A stretch of DNA of 64,000 nucleotides from an uncultured Methanomassiliicoccales archaeon (GTDB lineage: Archaea > Thermoplasmatota > Thermoplasmata > Methanomassiliicoccales > UBA472). The translations under genes were made by a program, and so were the position numbers. The notes under the pieces are model-generated. The model was not told where the DNA came from. It worked only from the letters and a program-made list of their open reading frames with translations, and did no database searches. The stretch is from NCBI GenBank assembly GCA_963695345.1, contig OY968769.1, positions 2,048,001-2,112,000 of the forward strand, written 5' to 3'. Below, one piece after another: positions 39,701 to 52,817 of this stretch; the stretch's first letter is position 1; the number at the start of each line of letters is the position of its first letter.

Positions 39701-40588
39701 TCAGTCCTTTCCTTCCTTGATCTCGAGGACCTTGGAGATATATTTTCCATAATTGCTGTGAGCGTATTTGGCGAGGAAGTCCTCAAGGTCTTTGCGATCT
39801 ATCCAGCCATTATTGATCGATATCTCCTCGGGATAACCGACCATCATGTTCCGATCCTTTTCCAACGTCTGGACATATTTGCCCGCCTCGATCATGGCAT
39901 CGGGGGTGCCAGCATCCATCCACATGAATCCGTTGTCTAGCCGTATCGCTTCCAGACAGCCTTCCTTGAGAAACAGATTGTTCACATCCGTTATCTCAAG
40001 CTCGTTCCTGTGCGAAGGCCTGACAGTTTTGGCATACTCCACCACACGATTATCATAAAAATACAGGCCAGCCGCCGCATAGTTGGACTTCGGTACCTTC
40101 GGCTTTTCCTCTATCGAGATCACTGATCCATTTCCGTCATATTCTATCACTCCGAATCTCTGAGGATCATTTACCTTGAAACCGAATATTGAAGCCCTTT
40201 TCCTTCTCACGTTTCGTATCGCTTGACCTAATCGCTCCTTCATCTCGGACCCGATAAAAATGTTGTCTCCCAAGACCATGGCGACATCATCCGAACCAAT
40301 GAACTCGTCCCCGATGATGAATGCCTGTGCCAGCCCGTCCGGTGAAGGTTGAATGGCGTATTTCAGGCTCAAACCGAATCTCCCTCCGTCTCCAAGGAGA
40401 TTTTTGAAATTGCCGATGTCCTCCGGGGTGGAGATGATCAGAATATCCTTGATGTCCGCCATCATCAATGTGCAGAGCGGGTAGTAGACCATGGGTTTGT
40501 TGTATATTGGAAGAAGGTGCTTGTTGATGGCTGACGTCATGGGATAGAGTCTGGAACCGCTCCCGCCAGCTAGGATTATTCCTTTCAT
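39701..40588 (-). CDS. rmlA: Glucose-1-phosphate thymidylyltransferase
   Basis: GIILAGGSGSRLYP, QPSPDGLAQA, LGDN, EEKP, ELEITD, W.DAGT. Confidence 0.95.
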   Translation of the reverse strand: MKGIILAGGSGSRLYPMTSAINKHLLPIYNKPMVYYPLCTLMMADIKDILIISTPEDIGNFKNLLGDGGRFGLSLKYAIQPSPDGLAQAFIIGDEFIGSDDVAMVLGDNIFIGSEMKERLGQAIRNVRRKRASIFGFKVNDPQRFGVIEYDGNGSVISIEEKPKVPKSNYAAAGLYFYDNRVVEYAKTVRPSHRNELEITDVNNLFLKEGCLEAIRLDNGFMWMDAGTPDAMIEAGKYVQTLEKDRNMMVGYPEEISINNGWIDRKDLEDFLAKYAHSNYGKYISKVLEIKEGKD

Positions 40589-40816
40589 GTTGAATCTGGA
40601 TGTAATTTGGACTGGGGTTATTAATGACTTCGGTGTTCTCGGACCAATTCCTATGCCCAACAGAATCCAATTGATATTTGTTAAATTGGGAATACTCGAT
40701 AATTAGTTCCATGCCAAATGATCATGGGCCCCATTAGGGATATTGACTTCCAGCTTCATTGATAAAACGTTAATAGGCATGTGATGTATCCCTCACCACT
40801 TTAGGGGGAGTACCAG

Positions 40817-41890
40817 ATAAAAATTTTGGTCCTTAACTGGCGAGATCCCAAGAATCCGGACGCCGGAGGAGCTGAACAATTCACCCACCAGATTGAGAAA
40901 AGGTGGGTAAATTGGGGGCATGAGGTCACCCAATTCTCTGCTGCATTCAGTGACTGTCTTCCTGAAGAGGTAATCGACGGGGTCAGGATCGTAAGGGGTG
41001 GGAACCGGTTCACCGTCTATAAACAGGCAAAACGATTCTATGACCGTTCGGAGAAATTCGATGTGGTGGTCGATGAGATCAACACGATCCCGTTCAACAC
41101 TCCCTCTTTTGTAAACCGCGGGGAAAAGCGGTTTGCCCTCATACACCAACTGGCACGGGAGTTTTGGTACTATGAGACCCCATTCCCATTGAGCTATATC
41201 GGCAATCATTACCTGGAGGACCATTGGCTTCGGAAATATGTCGATATGGACGTCATCACAGTATCAAATTCAACCATGGAAGACCTCCAGGGCCTTGGTT
41301 TCAAAAAACTCCATCTGGTCCATGAAGGATACGACTTCGAACCGCTTTCAAAGGTCGGGGAGAAGGAAAAGATACCGACGATCATATTCGTCGGTCGATT
41401 CAAGAAGGTAAAGCTGCCGGATCATGCCCTGAAAGCTTTCCAGATAGCGAAATCAAGAATGCCTGACCTGCGTATGTGGATGGTGGGCATGGGCTACCTT
41501 CAGCCAAAATTGAAGAAGCTCGCCGTCAAGGACGTTACTTTTTTCGGGCGCCTGCCGCTGGAAAAGAAATCGGAGCTCGTCTCGAAGGCCCATGTCATCG
41601 TCGTACCGGCGGTAAGGGAAGGTTGGGGCCTGGTCGTTACCGAAGCCAATGCAATGGGCACGCCGGCGATAGGATATCGCGTTCCTGGCCTACGCGACTC
41701 CATAAAGGATGGAAAAACCGGATTGCTGTGCGATCCAAACCCTCATGCCATGGCGGACGCCATAGTATCTCTCCTGAGCCAGGAGGAGAAGAGGATGGAT
41801 CTGTCGAGGAACGCCCTCGAAGATGCAAAAGAATACAATTGGGACAGAACCGCCAGGGAATTCATCGATCTTTTTGAGGGGAAGACGTGA
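40817..41890 (+). CDS. GT4 family glycosyltransferase (start codon ambiguous)
   Basis: (I)KILVLNWRD..NP.AGGAE, FVGR..K.K, EGWGLVVTEANAMGTP. Confidence 0.9.
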   Translation: MKILVLNWRDPKNPDAGGAEQFTHQIEKRWVNWGHEVTQFSAAFSDCLPEEVIDGVRIVRGGNRFTVYKQAKRFYDRSEKFDVVVDEINTIPFNTPSFVNRGEKRFALIHQLAREFWYYETPFPLSYIGNHYLEDHWLRKYVDMDVITVSNSTMEDLQGLGFKKLHLVHEGYDFEPLSKVGEKEKIPTIIFVGRFKKVKLPDHALKAFQIAKSRMPDLRMWMVGMGYLQPKLKKLAVKDVTFFGRLPLEKKSELVSKAHVIVVPAVREGWGLVVTEANAMGTPAIGYRVPGLRDSIKDGKTGLLCDPNPHAMADAIVSLLSQEEKRMDLSRNALEDAKEYNWDRTAREFIDLFEGKT

Positions 41891-42140
41891 AGGAATGAAC
41901 TTTCATTGAGGTTTCATTGATGGTTGGGAATTAAATGAAAGGCAACAAGATTCATGCCGTCACAAACCTTACCATGGACCGACCAACCAGAAACCTCTTG
42001 AGCAGAGTGCCGAATTCAACCACATTAATCGGATTCCCACTGACGAAGAGGACGAAATATCGAGTAAGATTGAATATAGGACAAGGAAAGGATTCAATTT
42101 CTGTCACTAATCGTGAGACGACAAAGGTAGTTTCTTAGCC

Positions 42141-44579
42141 ATGAAAAATGAAAGGGCCCCCTCGCAGGACCAAGGCTGGTCAATGGTTAGGAATCGATTG
42201 GACCAGTGGAAATTGGTCAGATTCGTCAAGGGGAATTTCACCAGGTTGGAATTGATCGAAATCCTCCTGTTGATGATATTGGGGCTCGTGGTCTTCACCT
42301 GGTATTCATCGAACATCGTCATCGATGCCTTCGATTACAACATCTCATTCTCGCCGATTCAGACTCTGTTCCGCTCCATGCAACTATGGGATCCGCATGG
42401 GGGATTTGGATCCGCAATGCCCCGGGCGATCGCCGGGTTCCTGCCGAACAACCTCTATTACGCCACGATGCAGTTCATAGGTCTCTCGCTCCACACATCA
42501 CAGAGCCTACTTCTCTACGTGGTCCTTGCGGGTTCGGGGGTCTCGGTATTTCTTCTTTACCGAGCGCTCGGACTCGGTGACCGGTACCGGAACGGGGCGA
42601 TTTTCGCGGCCATCGCCTACATGTTCTCGCCCATTGCATCCACATTTCTTTGGAACCAGTTCGCATCCAATTACTATTCCTATTGTTTCATTCCTCTGAT
42701 CGCCGCGATGGTGGTCTTCGGGATCAGGACCAGAAGGGGGCCGTTCTTCATTTTTGGCCTGGTCTTGCTCTGGACCCTCCTCATATCCGCATCCTACATG
42801 AACCCGGTTAACGGGCTCATGGACTGGATCTTCATTTTGGGTCTTTTGGGAACGATGGCCCTCAGGGAATCGACCAGAAGGATACAGGTGATCAAGTTTG
42901 CCGCGATACTGTTGGTGTTGTGGTTCCTGGTCAATCTGTTCTGGATCATTCCGGTCATGAGCAACGTTAGCATCGAGGTGACCAGATCGGGCGTCAGCTC
43001 GGTGGGGGTAAGCAACAAGGACCTGCTGAATTCCAATTCCGTCCCGATCTACTGGGCAGCCTTACAGACCGGTTATTGGGCCCTCTACGATGATTATCTG
43101 GGCGATCCGTGGTATTCATGGTCCAGCCTGGCTTCGTCGGGTCTCTTTATCTTCTCCTGTCTGATCATTGCCCTGACCGCTCTTTATGCACTGACCATTC
43201 GACCAATGAATCACATCATCCTTCTCCTCGGCGGCGTCACCGCCCTTTGTTTGGTGATGATCAATGGATTCTATCCGCCGACTGGATATCTCATCGAGGG
43301 ATTGTTCGATGCTGTTCCCATACTCTATGCTTTTCGGAGCCTCTATCAGCATTTCGGGCCATTGCTGGCCCTATCCTACGCTTTGCTCTTTGGATATTCC
43401 ATGGCCCATATTGTCGGATCCATCACCTGGCCGAGATGGAAGGGCTTTTCGATCAAACGGATTACAATAAAGGCATGGGCTGTCATGACCTGGACGGTCT
43501 TCGTCCTGTTGGCCCTATCAGTGATCGCCATGCCGTATTACACAGGTCAGGTCATCTATGAAGGGGGCAAGGTCATTCCTTCAGCCCGGGTGGAGGTTCC
43601 TGACTACTATTACCAGACGAACGATTACCTGAACAACGCTTCCGGTGATTTCAGGGTCTTGAACCTCCCATACTGTCAATTGGGTTACGCTTCATACGAT
43701 TGGGAAAATGGCTACTGGGGAGGAGACCCGTTGTCCACCATATTCGACAAAGGCGTCATAGTGTCGGAACCAGGTTTATCCAATGAACTGCTTGTGAACA
43801 TGGCCAACCAGATTGCCAACAGTACGTTCCATCTCAATGTCGGTAAGATGCTCTCGATAATGAACGTGCGATATGTGATGCTTCACCAGGACGCGAATTG
43901 GGCATTCATCCAGGGACAGTCGCCTCCCTGGTGGGCGGCACCCCAGGCGAACTTCTCGATGTACGACACCGGCCTGAGGAACGCCGGGTTCGTGGAGGCC
44001 GCCACCTTCGGAGGGCTCGTTCTCTACGAGAACCCAGAATGGAAACCGGTGCATTTCCTCCAGGTCGATCAGATATTGGCCGTTGTGGGAGGCATTCCGG
44101 CCGTATGGAACCTGACCCAGGAGAGCTGGTATGATGTTTCCAAGATGGCATTCGTAGTGGTTCATTCCGTATCGGACATGGCTGATCTCAACTTCCATGT
44201 CGATGGCATCTACTATGGTCGCGTCCTTTTCAGAGAGGACAGCTGGAAACTTCAAAACGGAGTGGCTCTTAGCGATACGGTGGGAAGCCCCACGGCACAC
44301 GCTGTGTCAGTTGACCCGGGGCAGCGTCTCCTGGTATTCTCAGAAAGGTACGATCCAGAATGGAAGGCGACCACTGTCAATGGCACCCAAGAGCACATTG
44401 CCGTGAACATGTTCTTCAATGGCTACATCCTGGGCAATGGAACTACAGAAGTGACGATCGAATATCAACCGCAGAAGGGGCTGATCAACCTGATATCATT
44501 CTCAGCCCTATTCACGGTAGGAATGTTCAGTATCCTCACTTACCGGCATTTGCGCCAGAGGGCTGGGACTGTTCGATAG
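42141..44579 (+). CDS. Multi-TM GT-C-like protein (AftD/DUF3367- or YfhO-like) with extracellular C-terminal domain
   Basis: About 12 N-terminal TM helices, P.YY....YL...DFRVL.LP, C-terminal LVFSERYD.EW...H..VN.F.NGY and a final TM helix. Confidence 0.65.
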   Translation: MKNERAPSQDQGWSMVRNRLDQWKLVRFVKGNFTRLELIEILLLMILGLVVFTWYSSNIVIDAFDYNISFSPIQTLFRSMQLWDPHGGFGSAMPRAIAGFLPNNLYYATMQFIGLSLHTSQSLLLYVVLAGSGVSVFLLYRALGLGDRYRNGAIFAAIAYMFSPIASTFLWNQFASNYYSYCFIPLIAAMVVFGIRTRRGPFFIFGLVLLWTLLISASYMNPVNGLMDWIFILGLLGTMALRESTRRIQVIKFAAILLVLWFLVNLFWIIPVMSNVSIEVTRSGVSSVGVSNKDLLNSNSVPIYWAALQTGYWALYDDYLGDPWYSWSSLASSGLFIFSCLIIALTALYALTIRPMNHIILLLGGVTALCLVMINGFYPPTGYLIEGLFDAVPILYAFRSLYQHFGPLLALSYALLFGYSMAHIVGSITWPRWKGFSIKRITIKAWAVMTWTVFVLLALSVIAMPYYTGQVIYEGGKVIPSARVEVPDYYYQTNDYLNNASGDFRVLNLPYCQLGYASYDWENGYWGGDPLSTIFDKGVIVSEPGLSNELLVNMANQIANSTFHLNVGKMLSIMNVRYVMLHQDANWAFIQGQSPPWWAAPQANFSMYDTGLRNAGFVEAATFGGLVLYENPEWKPVHFLQVDQILAVVGGIPAVWNLTQESWYDVSKMAFVVVHSVSDMADLNFHVDGIYYGRVLFREDSWKLQNGVALSDTVGSPTAHAVSVDPGQRLLVFSERYDPEWKATTVNGTQEHIAVNMFFNGYILGNGTTEVTIEYQPQKGLINLISFSALFTVGMFSILTYRHLRQRAGTVR

Positions 44580-45378
44580 ACGGCGATGCATCAACTCTTG
44601 AGCCTTCATAGTAATGGGTCAGTTTTATCCGGTAAAAAATGCCCATGGTGTCCTTCCATATCCGGCCGACGTCCTTCGGCTTGATCCTTCCGCCGTTCTC
44701 GCGGACAAAATTTATCGAGATCGGTGCTTCCGCGATGGTATAGCCGTCCTTCAAGGCATTCAAGAGGAGCTCAAGGTCGAACGCATATCTCTTTACGAAC
44801 ACCTTCGGAAACTCTCTGGTCAAAACCTCTCTCTTGAAGAGTTTCAGACCTGGTTGGGTGTCCGTCAAAGTGCATTGGAAAAGGCTGCGGATCAACAGAT
44901 TATAGCATCTGGACATGACCCTTCTCTTCATCGGATAATGGATGATCGATTCCTGGTGGCGCTTGGAGCCAATAACGATGTCGACCTTCTTCTCATCCAT
45001 GACGTCCAGGAAAACCTTCAGCTGTATGGGATGAAGCTCCAGGTCCGCATCGATGAATGTTATCAGGTCCCCGTGGGCATACTTCCAGCCCTCTTTCAGG
45101 GCGTTTCCCTTGCCGCCATTCTTGGTGTATGTGACAAGGATGACCTCTGGATGCTCCAGTTCGACCTTGTGCACTTCATCGGCCGTGTCATCGGTGCTTC
45201 CATCGTTGACCAATATCAGCTCGAAAGGATTCCCCAATGTGCTGAGGGTCTTTACGGCTTCAATTAAATTTTCTCTGATTTTCTTGCCCTCGTTGTATGC
45301 GGGCATAATAACAGAAATAAGAGTGGTAGGCTTGTTCCTAATTATTGTGGGTGAAGAATCACCGACAGTATCAATCAT
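44536..45378 (-). CDS. GT2 polyprenol/dolichol-phosphate glycosyltransferase-like
   Basis: SVIMPAYNE, VNDGSTD, NGGKG.A, FIDAD, GSKR, DTQPG.K.F, FD.ELL. Confidence 0.85.
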   Translation of the reverse strand: MIDTVGDSSPTIIRNKPTTLISVIMPAYNEGKKIRENLIEAVKTLSTLGNPFELILVNDGSTDDTADEVHKVELEHPEVILVTYTKNGGKGNALKEGWKYAHGDLITFIDADLELHPIQLKVFLDVMDEKKVDIVIGSKRHQESIIHYPMKRRVMSRCYNLLIRSLFQCTLTDTQPGLKLFKREVLTREFPKVFVKRYAFDLELLLNALKDGYTIAEAPISINFVRENGGRIKPKDVGRIWKDTMGIFYRIKLTHYYEGSRVDASPSIEQSQPSGANAGK

Positions 45379-45768
45379 GGTAATTTCCTTTTACCTCCCA
45401 GGTCTGGATTGGTGTCAGATAAACCAACTCATTATATTATAATTACGAACCCTTTTTTGTTTATGGCTAAGAGCAGCTGGAATTTAACGCCCATAACGAG
45501 ACGAAAAACCGATTCATCGTTCCCTCGTTGTCATTTATTACCTACATCGGTGGTTTACTCGAGAGAAACTCCGACCAACTATTCCGAGCGGTCGCGGCGG
45601 GCCCAATTGTTGGGATCCGGACCGCCGGGTCCCGGGAGAAACGCCAGCATGGATAGCTTTGATTTTCTTCAACGATAATATTAATAGCATAAAACAATGA
45701 CACGGATAATTCATAAACTGACTGTAAGTCTATTTATTGAAAAGGCTATTCTCTTTGGATGGGGTGAA

Positions 45769-47786
<2,018 letters not shown>

Positions 47787-47835
47787 CCGGCCCAGGATAA
47801 CTATTAAATGGATGCAATATTTCTACCCTTGAGAA

Positions 47836-48732
47836 ATGATCACTTTCTTCACCATCCCGAAACCTTTTGAAGGGCACAACGGAGTGATCCAGCGGAATGC
47901 TTTGCGCTCCTGGAGAAAGTTGAACCCGAAATGCGAGATCTTCATCTTCGGCGACGAGGTGGGAATAGCTGAGGTGGCGGAAGAGGTCGGGGCGATCCAT
48001 ATCCCCGAGATCCGGAAAAATGAATTCGGCACACCCTACCTCGATGGGATATTCTCAAAGGTCCAGGAAATGGCCAAGAACGACATCCTCTGCTATTCCA
48101 ACGCCGACATCATATTTTTGAATGATTTCCCCGCCGGGGTCGGGAAGATCAATGACGACCGGTATCTACTGGTAGGTCAGCGATGGGACCTGGACCTGAC
48201 CACCGAGGTCGATTATTCCGGGAATTACCAGGACGAGCTCCGACAAAGAACCGCCCAGGGGGGCAAGCTCCACGATGTGGACGGGATGGATTATTTCGTA
48301 TTCCGAAAGGGCACCCTCAAGGCATTGCCGGCATTCCTGGTCGGAAGGGCCGGTTGGGACAACTGGATGATATACAATGCCAGGGTGGAAGGCATCAAGG
48401 TCATCGACGGCACAAGGGGATACCTGGTCATTCACCAGAACCACAATTATGGGCACGTCAAGAAGAGCGTCGGCAGGTGGCTGGGTCCGGAATCGGATTA
48501 CAACATGGCGTTGCTTGGAGGCGTGGAACACCGGTTCACTCTCTATGATGCGACCTATCGGTTCAATGGAGTAAAGGTCCTCCGCAACCTGAGCGCCATA
48601 TCATTATACCGCCGTTTGAAATCCCTGTCTATCCTGAAGCCTGAGGCGGGAAAGGTGCTCCACCCCATCGAAAGGGCGGTCGATCCCATCGAGAGACTGC
48701 TCCTCGATATCTGGCGGAAGAGAAGCATTTGA
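47836..48732 (+). CDS. Putative GT-A-fold glycosyltransferase, unassigned family
   Basis: NADII (DxD-like), VGQRWD, DYFVF, GRAGWDNW, HQNH; follows gmd-fcl. Confidence 0.55.
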   Translation: MITFFTIPKPFEGHNGVIQRNALRSWRKLNPKCEIFIFGDEVGIAEVAEEVGAIHIPEIRKNEFGTPYLDGIFSKVQEMAKNDILCYSNADIIFLNDFPAGVGKINDDRYLLVGQRWDLDLTTEVDYSGNYQDELRQRTAQGGKLHDVDGMDYFVFRKGTLKALPAFLVGRAGWDNWMIYNARVEGIKVIDGTRGYLVIHQNHNYGHVKKSVGRWLGPESDYNMALLGGVEHRFTLYDATYRFNGVKVLRNLSAISLYRRLKSLSILKPEAGKVLHPIERAVDPIERLLLDIWRKRSI

Positions 48733-48793
48733 AGAATCGACTTCCGCCTTGGGTCGGCGCGGTAACTATTGACCAAGACGATCGACCCGATTG

Positions 48794-49789
48794 TCAGGGA
48801 ATCTCGTAGCTGGGGGAGGTGCTGCCGGACAAACCGTCGATCAGACCTCTGAGGTAACCCGAGGCTATCCGCAGCCGGTCCATCATCTTCTTGTCCGAAT
48901 TGATCACAATTATTCGCAGATAGAACAACGTGAAGAACCATAGGAAAACGGTGGCGAAACCGGCGAATTGCACCTTTCCCGAGTACATCCTATGGAAAAT
49001 GATCCGATTCCGGGACATGTAATACGCTCTGAACGGCCCTCCCAGATGGAACAGCCGGTTCCGGCTGGTACCGGGTGATGGCGGCTCGATGTCATGCCAC
49101 ACCTTGGCGGCTGGGTTACATAGTATCTTGAAACCCGCTCTGTTGACCCGCCTGGCGATGTCCGATTCCTCATAGTTGATGGGAAAGTCACGGGCATCGA
49201 ACGGCCCGGCCAGGCCGATGGACTCCCGGGAGATCATGAAGCAGTTGGGGAAGTCATCGGACTCTGTTACCAGAGCGTGCTGGCCCGGGTCGGTCCCGCC
49301 CCTGCCGACGAACGTGGTCTGTGACGTGGTCATGTTCCTTTTTATTCCGGCGCACCAGACGGTGTCCGGCCTCTTCAGATAGAACATCAATGGCCCGACC
49401 AGGCCCACCTTTGGTCGGTCCGGGTCCTGGAATGTCCCAATCAGTTCAACGATACAATTCGGGTCCATCACGTTGTCATCGTCGATGAACAGGAGGAACT
49501 CGCCATGGGAATTGTCGATCCCGGTGTTCCTCGCCGCCGAGACCCATCGTTCGCGGTCATGACGAAATATATGGACATAGGGAAACAGCTCCCTGACAGC
49601 CTCCACCGTTCCGTCGGGAGAATGGTCGTCCACCACGATCACCTCAAGCCTTGATGCTGGATACACCTGTTTGGATAGGGAATCGAGGAGTCTGAGCAGT
49701 TCCTTCTTTCGGTTAAAAGTAGGTATGATGATCGAGACCAGCGGCACCTGTGAATATCCGGATGTTGCTGTGCCAGAAGGTTGGGTCAC
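48794..49789 (-). CDS. GT2 family glycosyltransferase
   Basis: SIIIPTFNR, VDD.S.D, ARN.G, FIDDD, YEE.D. Confidence 0.9.
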   Translation of the reverse strand: MTQPSGTATSGYSQVPLVSIIIPTFNRKKELLRLLDSLSKQVYPASRLEVIVVDDHSPDGTVEAVRELFPYVHIFRHDRERWVSAARNTGIDNSHGEFLLFIDDDNVMDPNCIVELIGTFQDPDRPKVGLVGPLMFYLKRPDTVWCAGIKRNMTTSQTTFVGRGGTDPGQHALVTESDDFPNCFMISRESIGLAGPFDARDFPINYEESDIARRVNRAGFKILCNPAAKVWHDIEPPSPGTSRNRLFHLGGPFRAYYMSRNRIIFHRMYSGKVQFAGFATVFLWFFTLFYLRIIVINSDKKMMDRLRIASGYLRGLIDGLSGSTSPSYEIP

Positions 49790-50051
49790 CTCGGAAACAA
49801 TGAATTTTGGATATTAATATATTCCTTGATTGCCTCCACGTGGTTCCGTCAGGCTTGAATGACATCATACCAGGAGCTGGCTATCTCAAATCGATTCCAG
49901 GCACAAACAGGAGTATTCGAACGTGATACGACCAACCATTTTCTTCGACCTCGGAAATCATTTGACACTTGCCAGCCTTCCGATCCGGTCGAGCCAGTTA
50001 TGGATTCTGGACAACTATTAATACCGACAATTGAATCGGCTTTGGAGAGAA

Positions 50052-51560
50052 TTGATTGGTAGAAAGTCCACGTTGGTATTCGCTACCACAATAATATCCT
50101 CAATCCTTGGGTTCATTGGGCTATTTTTCATCACCAGATATCTGGGGACGGAGATCTATGGTGACATCGCCTGGATTCTGGCGCTTATCGCCGCAGTAAA
50201 TGCGGTTTCCGATCTGGGGTTCTCGAGTGCGCACATCAAGAAGATATCCGAGGGAGGGAACATAGATGATTGTGTCAGCACCTTCGTCATGGTCAAGGTC
50301 ATCCTAACGAGCATAATGGTTGCGATCATCGTACTTTTAATGGCGTTCATGCTCGTTATCGGACATGCTGGCTATTCATCGGACTATCTAGAGATCGTTA
50401 CCCTGTTCGTTCTCTATCAGGTGCTGTGCGACCTTTCTTTGATAGCCACCATGACCTTCACGGCAAGGACGGAAGCGGTCAAATCCCAGCTGATAATTCT
50501 CATCGATCCGGTCATTAGGGTGCCGATCATCATCTTCATTTGCCTTTTCAAAGGCAGCGAGCTCGATATCGCGATATCCTATGCGATCGCCGGTATCGCG
50601 GTGTTCTCCACCGCCCTCTATCTGATGTGGTCGGGCGAGTATCGTTGGACCAAGCCCACACTATACCGGCCCTATCTCAAATTCGCCCTGCCCCTTGTCA
50701 TCAGCATGGTGATAACGACCGTGGCATACAGCATCGACAAGATCTTTATCGGAGCCTTTTGGTCGAACACGGATGTTGCCTATTATTCGTCGGGGTTCGC
50801 ACTGATACTCATAATCAGCGGATTGGGGCTGGCGATAAGCCAACTAACCTTCCCCACCTTCTCGAATTTCTTCTCCAAGGGCAGGATGGAGGATATTCGC
50901 CAGACCACGGTGCAGGCGGAAAGGTTCGTGGCGATCATTTCCTTTCCGATGGTGGCTTTCATGCTGATATTCCCAGGGAACGTGACCTCGCTCCTGTACG
51001 GGCATGAATGGATACTGGCCGGGGATTCATTGAGATGGCTGGCCTTGGCGACTCTGTTCAACATCTTCAACGCGGCGGCAACATCCCAGATCCTGGCAGT
51101 CAACCGCCCCGATGTCTCTTTCAGAATAACGGTCATATATTTCATCGCGTTCGTCGCCGGGCTGTTCCTGTTCGTACCGAACGACATATTCGGCATTCAT
51201 TTGCTGGGCCTTTCCTATGTGGGGGCGTCGCTGGCTTATCTGATCTCGATGTTGGTCGGCTTTTTCCTCACGAGGGTCGCCGTCAACAAGCTCACCGGGA
51301 CCCATATCGAGCGGAGAATGGGACTGTACGCGGTGATATTCGCGATAACCGTGGGGTTTCTCGGTCTCCTGAGCATGTGGTTCCCGGTGCAGGAATGGTA
51401 CGTTCTGATAGCCATGTTCGGCGTTTCCTATGCCGTTTTCTGGGGATGTCTGGTGGCCTTCCGGGAGATGAAAAAGGAGGATATCCGTTACATGCTCGAC
51501 CTTGTCAACTTGAGGAAGATGGGCGGATACGTCTCTGAAGAGCTGACCGGTAAGAAGTGA
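50052..51560 (+). CDS. Wzx-type polysaccharide/oligosaccharide flippase (MOP superfamily)
   Basis: About 14 TM helices, RYLG...YG, DLG, KFALP, IDK.FIG, FP.FS. Confidence 0.85.
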   Translation: MIGRKSTLVFATTIISSILGFIGLFFITRYLGTEIYGDIAWILALIAAVNAVSDLGFSSAHIKKISEGGNIDDCVSTFVMVKVILTSIMVAIIVLLMAFMLVIGHAGYSSDYLEIVTLFVLYQVLCDLSLIATMTFTARTEAVKSQLIILIDPVIRVPIIIFICLFKGSELDIAISYAIAGIAVFSTALYLMWSGEYRWTKPTLYRPYLKFALPLVISMVITTVAYSIDKIFIGAFWSNTDVAYYSSGFALILIISGLGLAISQLTFPTFSNFFSKGRMEDIRQTTVQAERFVAIISFPMVAFMLIFPGNVTSLLYGHEWILAGDSLRWLALATLFNIFNAAATSQILAVNRPDVSFRITVIYFIAFVAGLFLFVPNDIFGIHLLGLSYVGASLAYLISMLVGFFLTRVAVNKLTGTHIERRMGLYAVIFAITVGFLGLLSMWFPVQEWYVLIAMFGVSYAVFWGCLVAFREMKKEDIRYMLDLVNLRKMGGYVSEELTGKK

Positions 51561-51660
51561 ACGATGACCGATCCGGCGAGGCAGTCCCGCGATTGCCAGA
51601 GCTCACTGGTCATTGATCACAATATATCGTTCTTGACGCTTTGACAATTGGGATCCTTGA

Positions 51661-52671
51661 CTAGAGCAGATAACGCAGTCTATAGATCGGCAGAAGGAAG
51701 AACGACAACCAGAACTCCTTATATCCCACGTACGGGGCGAGCGATTCCCTGTAATTGATGAATTTATGGCCCTCGCCCACCTTGATGAACGAAAGTGCCA
51801 GTATGTACGGTGTATATTCCATGATTATGCTGGCCTTGGCCTTGTGTATCAGTTGCGGACTGATACCGAGACTTTCGAAGAGATCCAGCAGCTCCATTGC
51901 CCGGATTACATGGACCACCGGGAATTCCTTCTCCCAATCCCTTGCTCCATCACCCACCACCAACAACGGGTTGCCGATGTAGAAAACCTTCCTTTTCCTC
52001 ATCGTGCGGGCCAATATCACCGCGTGCGGGTAGGTTGTCTGGACATTGCTGAAGTCGGAGTCTGAGGTCATTACATTCTTGGACTCCTCGACCCACAGGC
52101 TCCTTCTGAATATCGCGGTTTGCAGCGCGCACATGCTCACCCCGGATATCTTGGGGTCGATGAGTTGATCGAAGGAATCCAGCAGCTGTTCCCTCTTGTT
52201 CTTGCCATCCTGCCTCAGGTCATCGGGGAACTGGGCACTGCTGACCGGTTCGGTGAACCGGTCCAGCTCATCGATGTTGATATGCATCAGATTGGTGAAG
52301 AAAAGGTCGACCTCAGGATTGGCTTTCATGATGCCCACCAATCTTGCGATGGCGCCTTTTCTGACAAAATCGTCATCCCCGATGAGCCAGCAATAGTCAC
52401 CGGTGGCCATCTGGTTGGAGCAATAGAGGAAATTGGGCCCGCCCCCTATGTTCTTTTCCTGACGATGGTAGCGGAAAGGACCGAACTGCTTTGCCCACTC
52501 CACGACCTGAGGGGTCTCATCCGTCGAACAGTTGTCGGAAACGATTATCTCCACATCGTCTTCATAACCTGCGATCTGGCTCAATATCGACAGAAGATTG
52601 ATCTTTAGAAGTTTGCACCGATTAAATGTGGGTACGCAGATGGAGAGCAGCGGTTTACCGTGACCACTCAT
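51661..52671 (-). CDS. GT2 glycosyltransferase, RfbV (abequosyltransferase)-like
   Basis: LSICVPTFNR, SDNCSTD, N.G...NF, WLIGDDD. Confidence 0.8.
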   Translation of the reverse strand: MSGHGKPLLSICVPTFNRCKLLKINLLSILSQIAGYEDDVEIIVSDNCSTDETPQVVEWAKQFGPFRYHRQEKNIGGGPNFLYCSNQMATGDYCWLIGDDDFVRKGAIARLVGIMKANPEVDLFFTNLMHINIDELDRFTEPVSSAQFPDDLRQDGKNKREQLLDSFDQLIDPKISGVSMCALQTAIFRRSLWVEESKNVMTSDSDFSNVQTTYPHAVILARTMRKRKVFYIGNPLLVVGDGARDWEKEFPVVHVIRAMELLDLFESLGISPQLIHKAKASIIMEYTPYILALSFIKVGEGHKFINYRESLAPYVGYKEFWLSFFLLPIYRLRYLL

Positions 52672-52817
52672 TATTTTGCCTCAGTTCAAATCCCCTTATT
52701 GGCTCCCACATAATAATCATATCTCTGGCATAATACCATGCCGGACATCAGACCAGAGATCGCCTGCTTCGCCAGACGGTCCTGCCCTCATCCGGCCGGC
52801 CTTGCCTATGTCATTCC

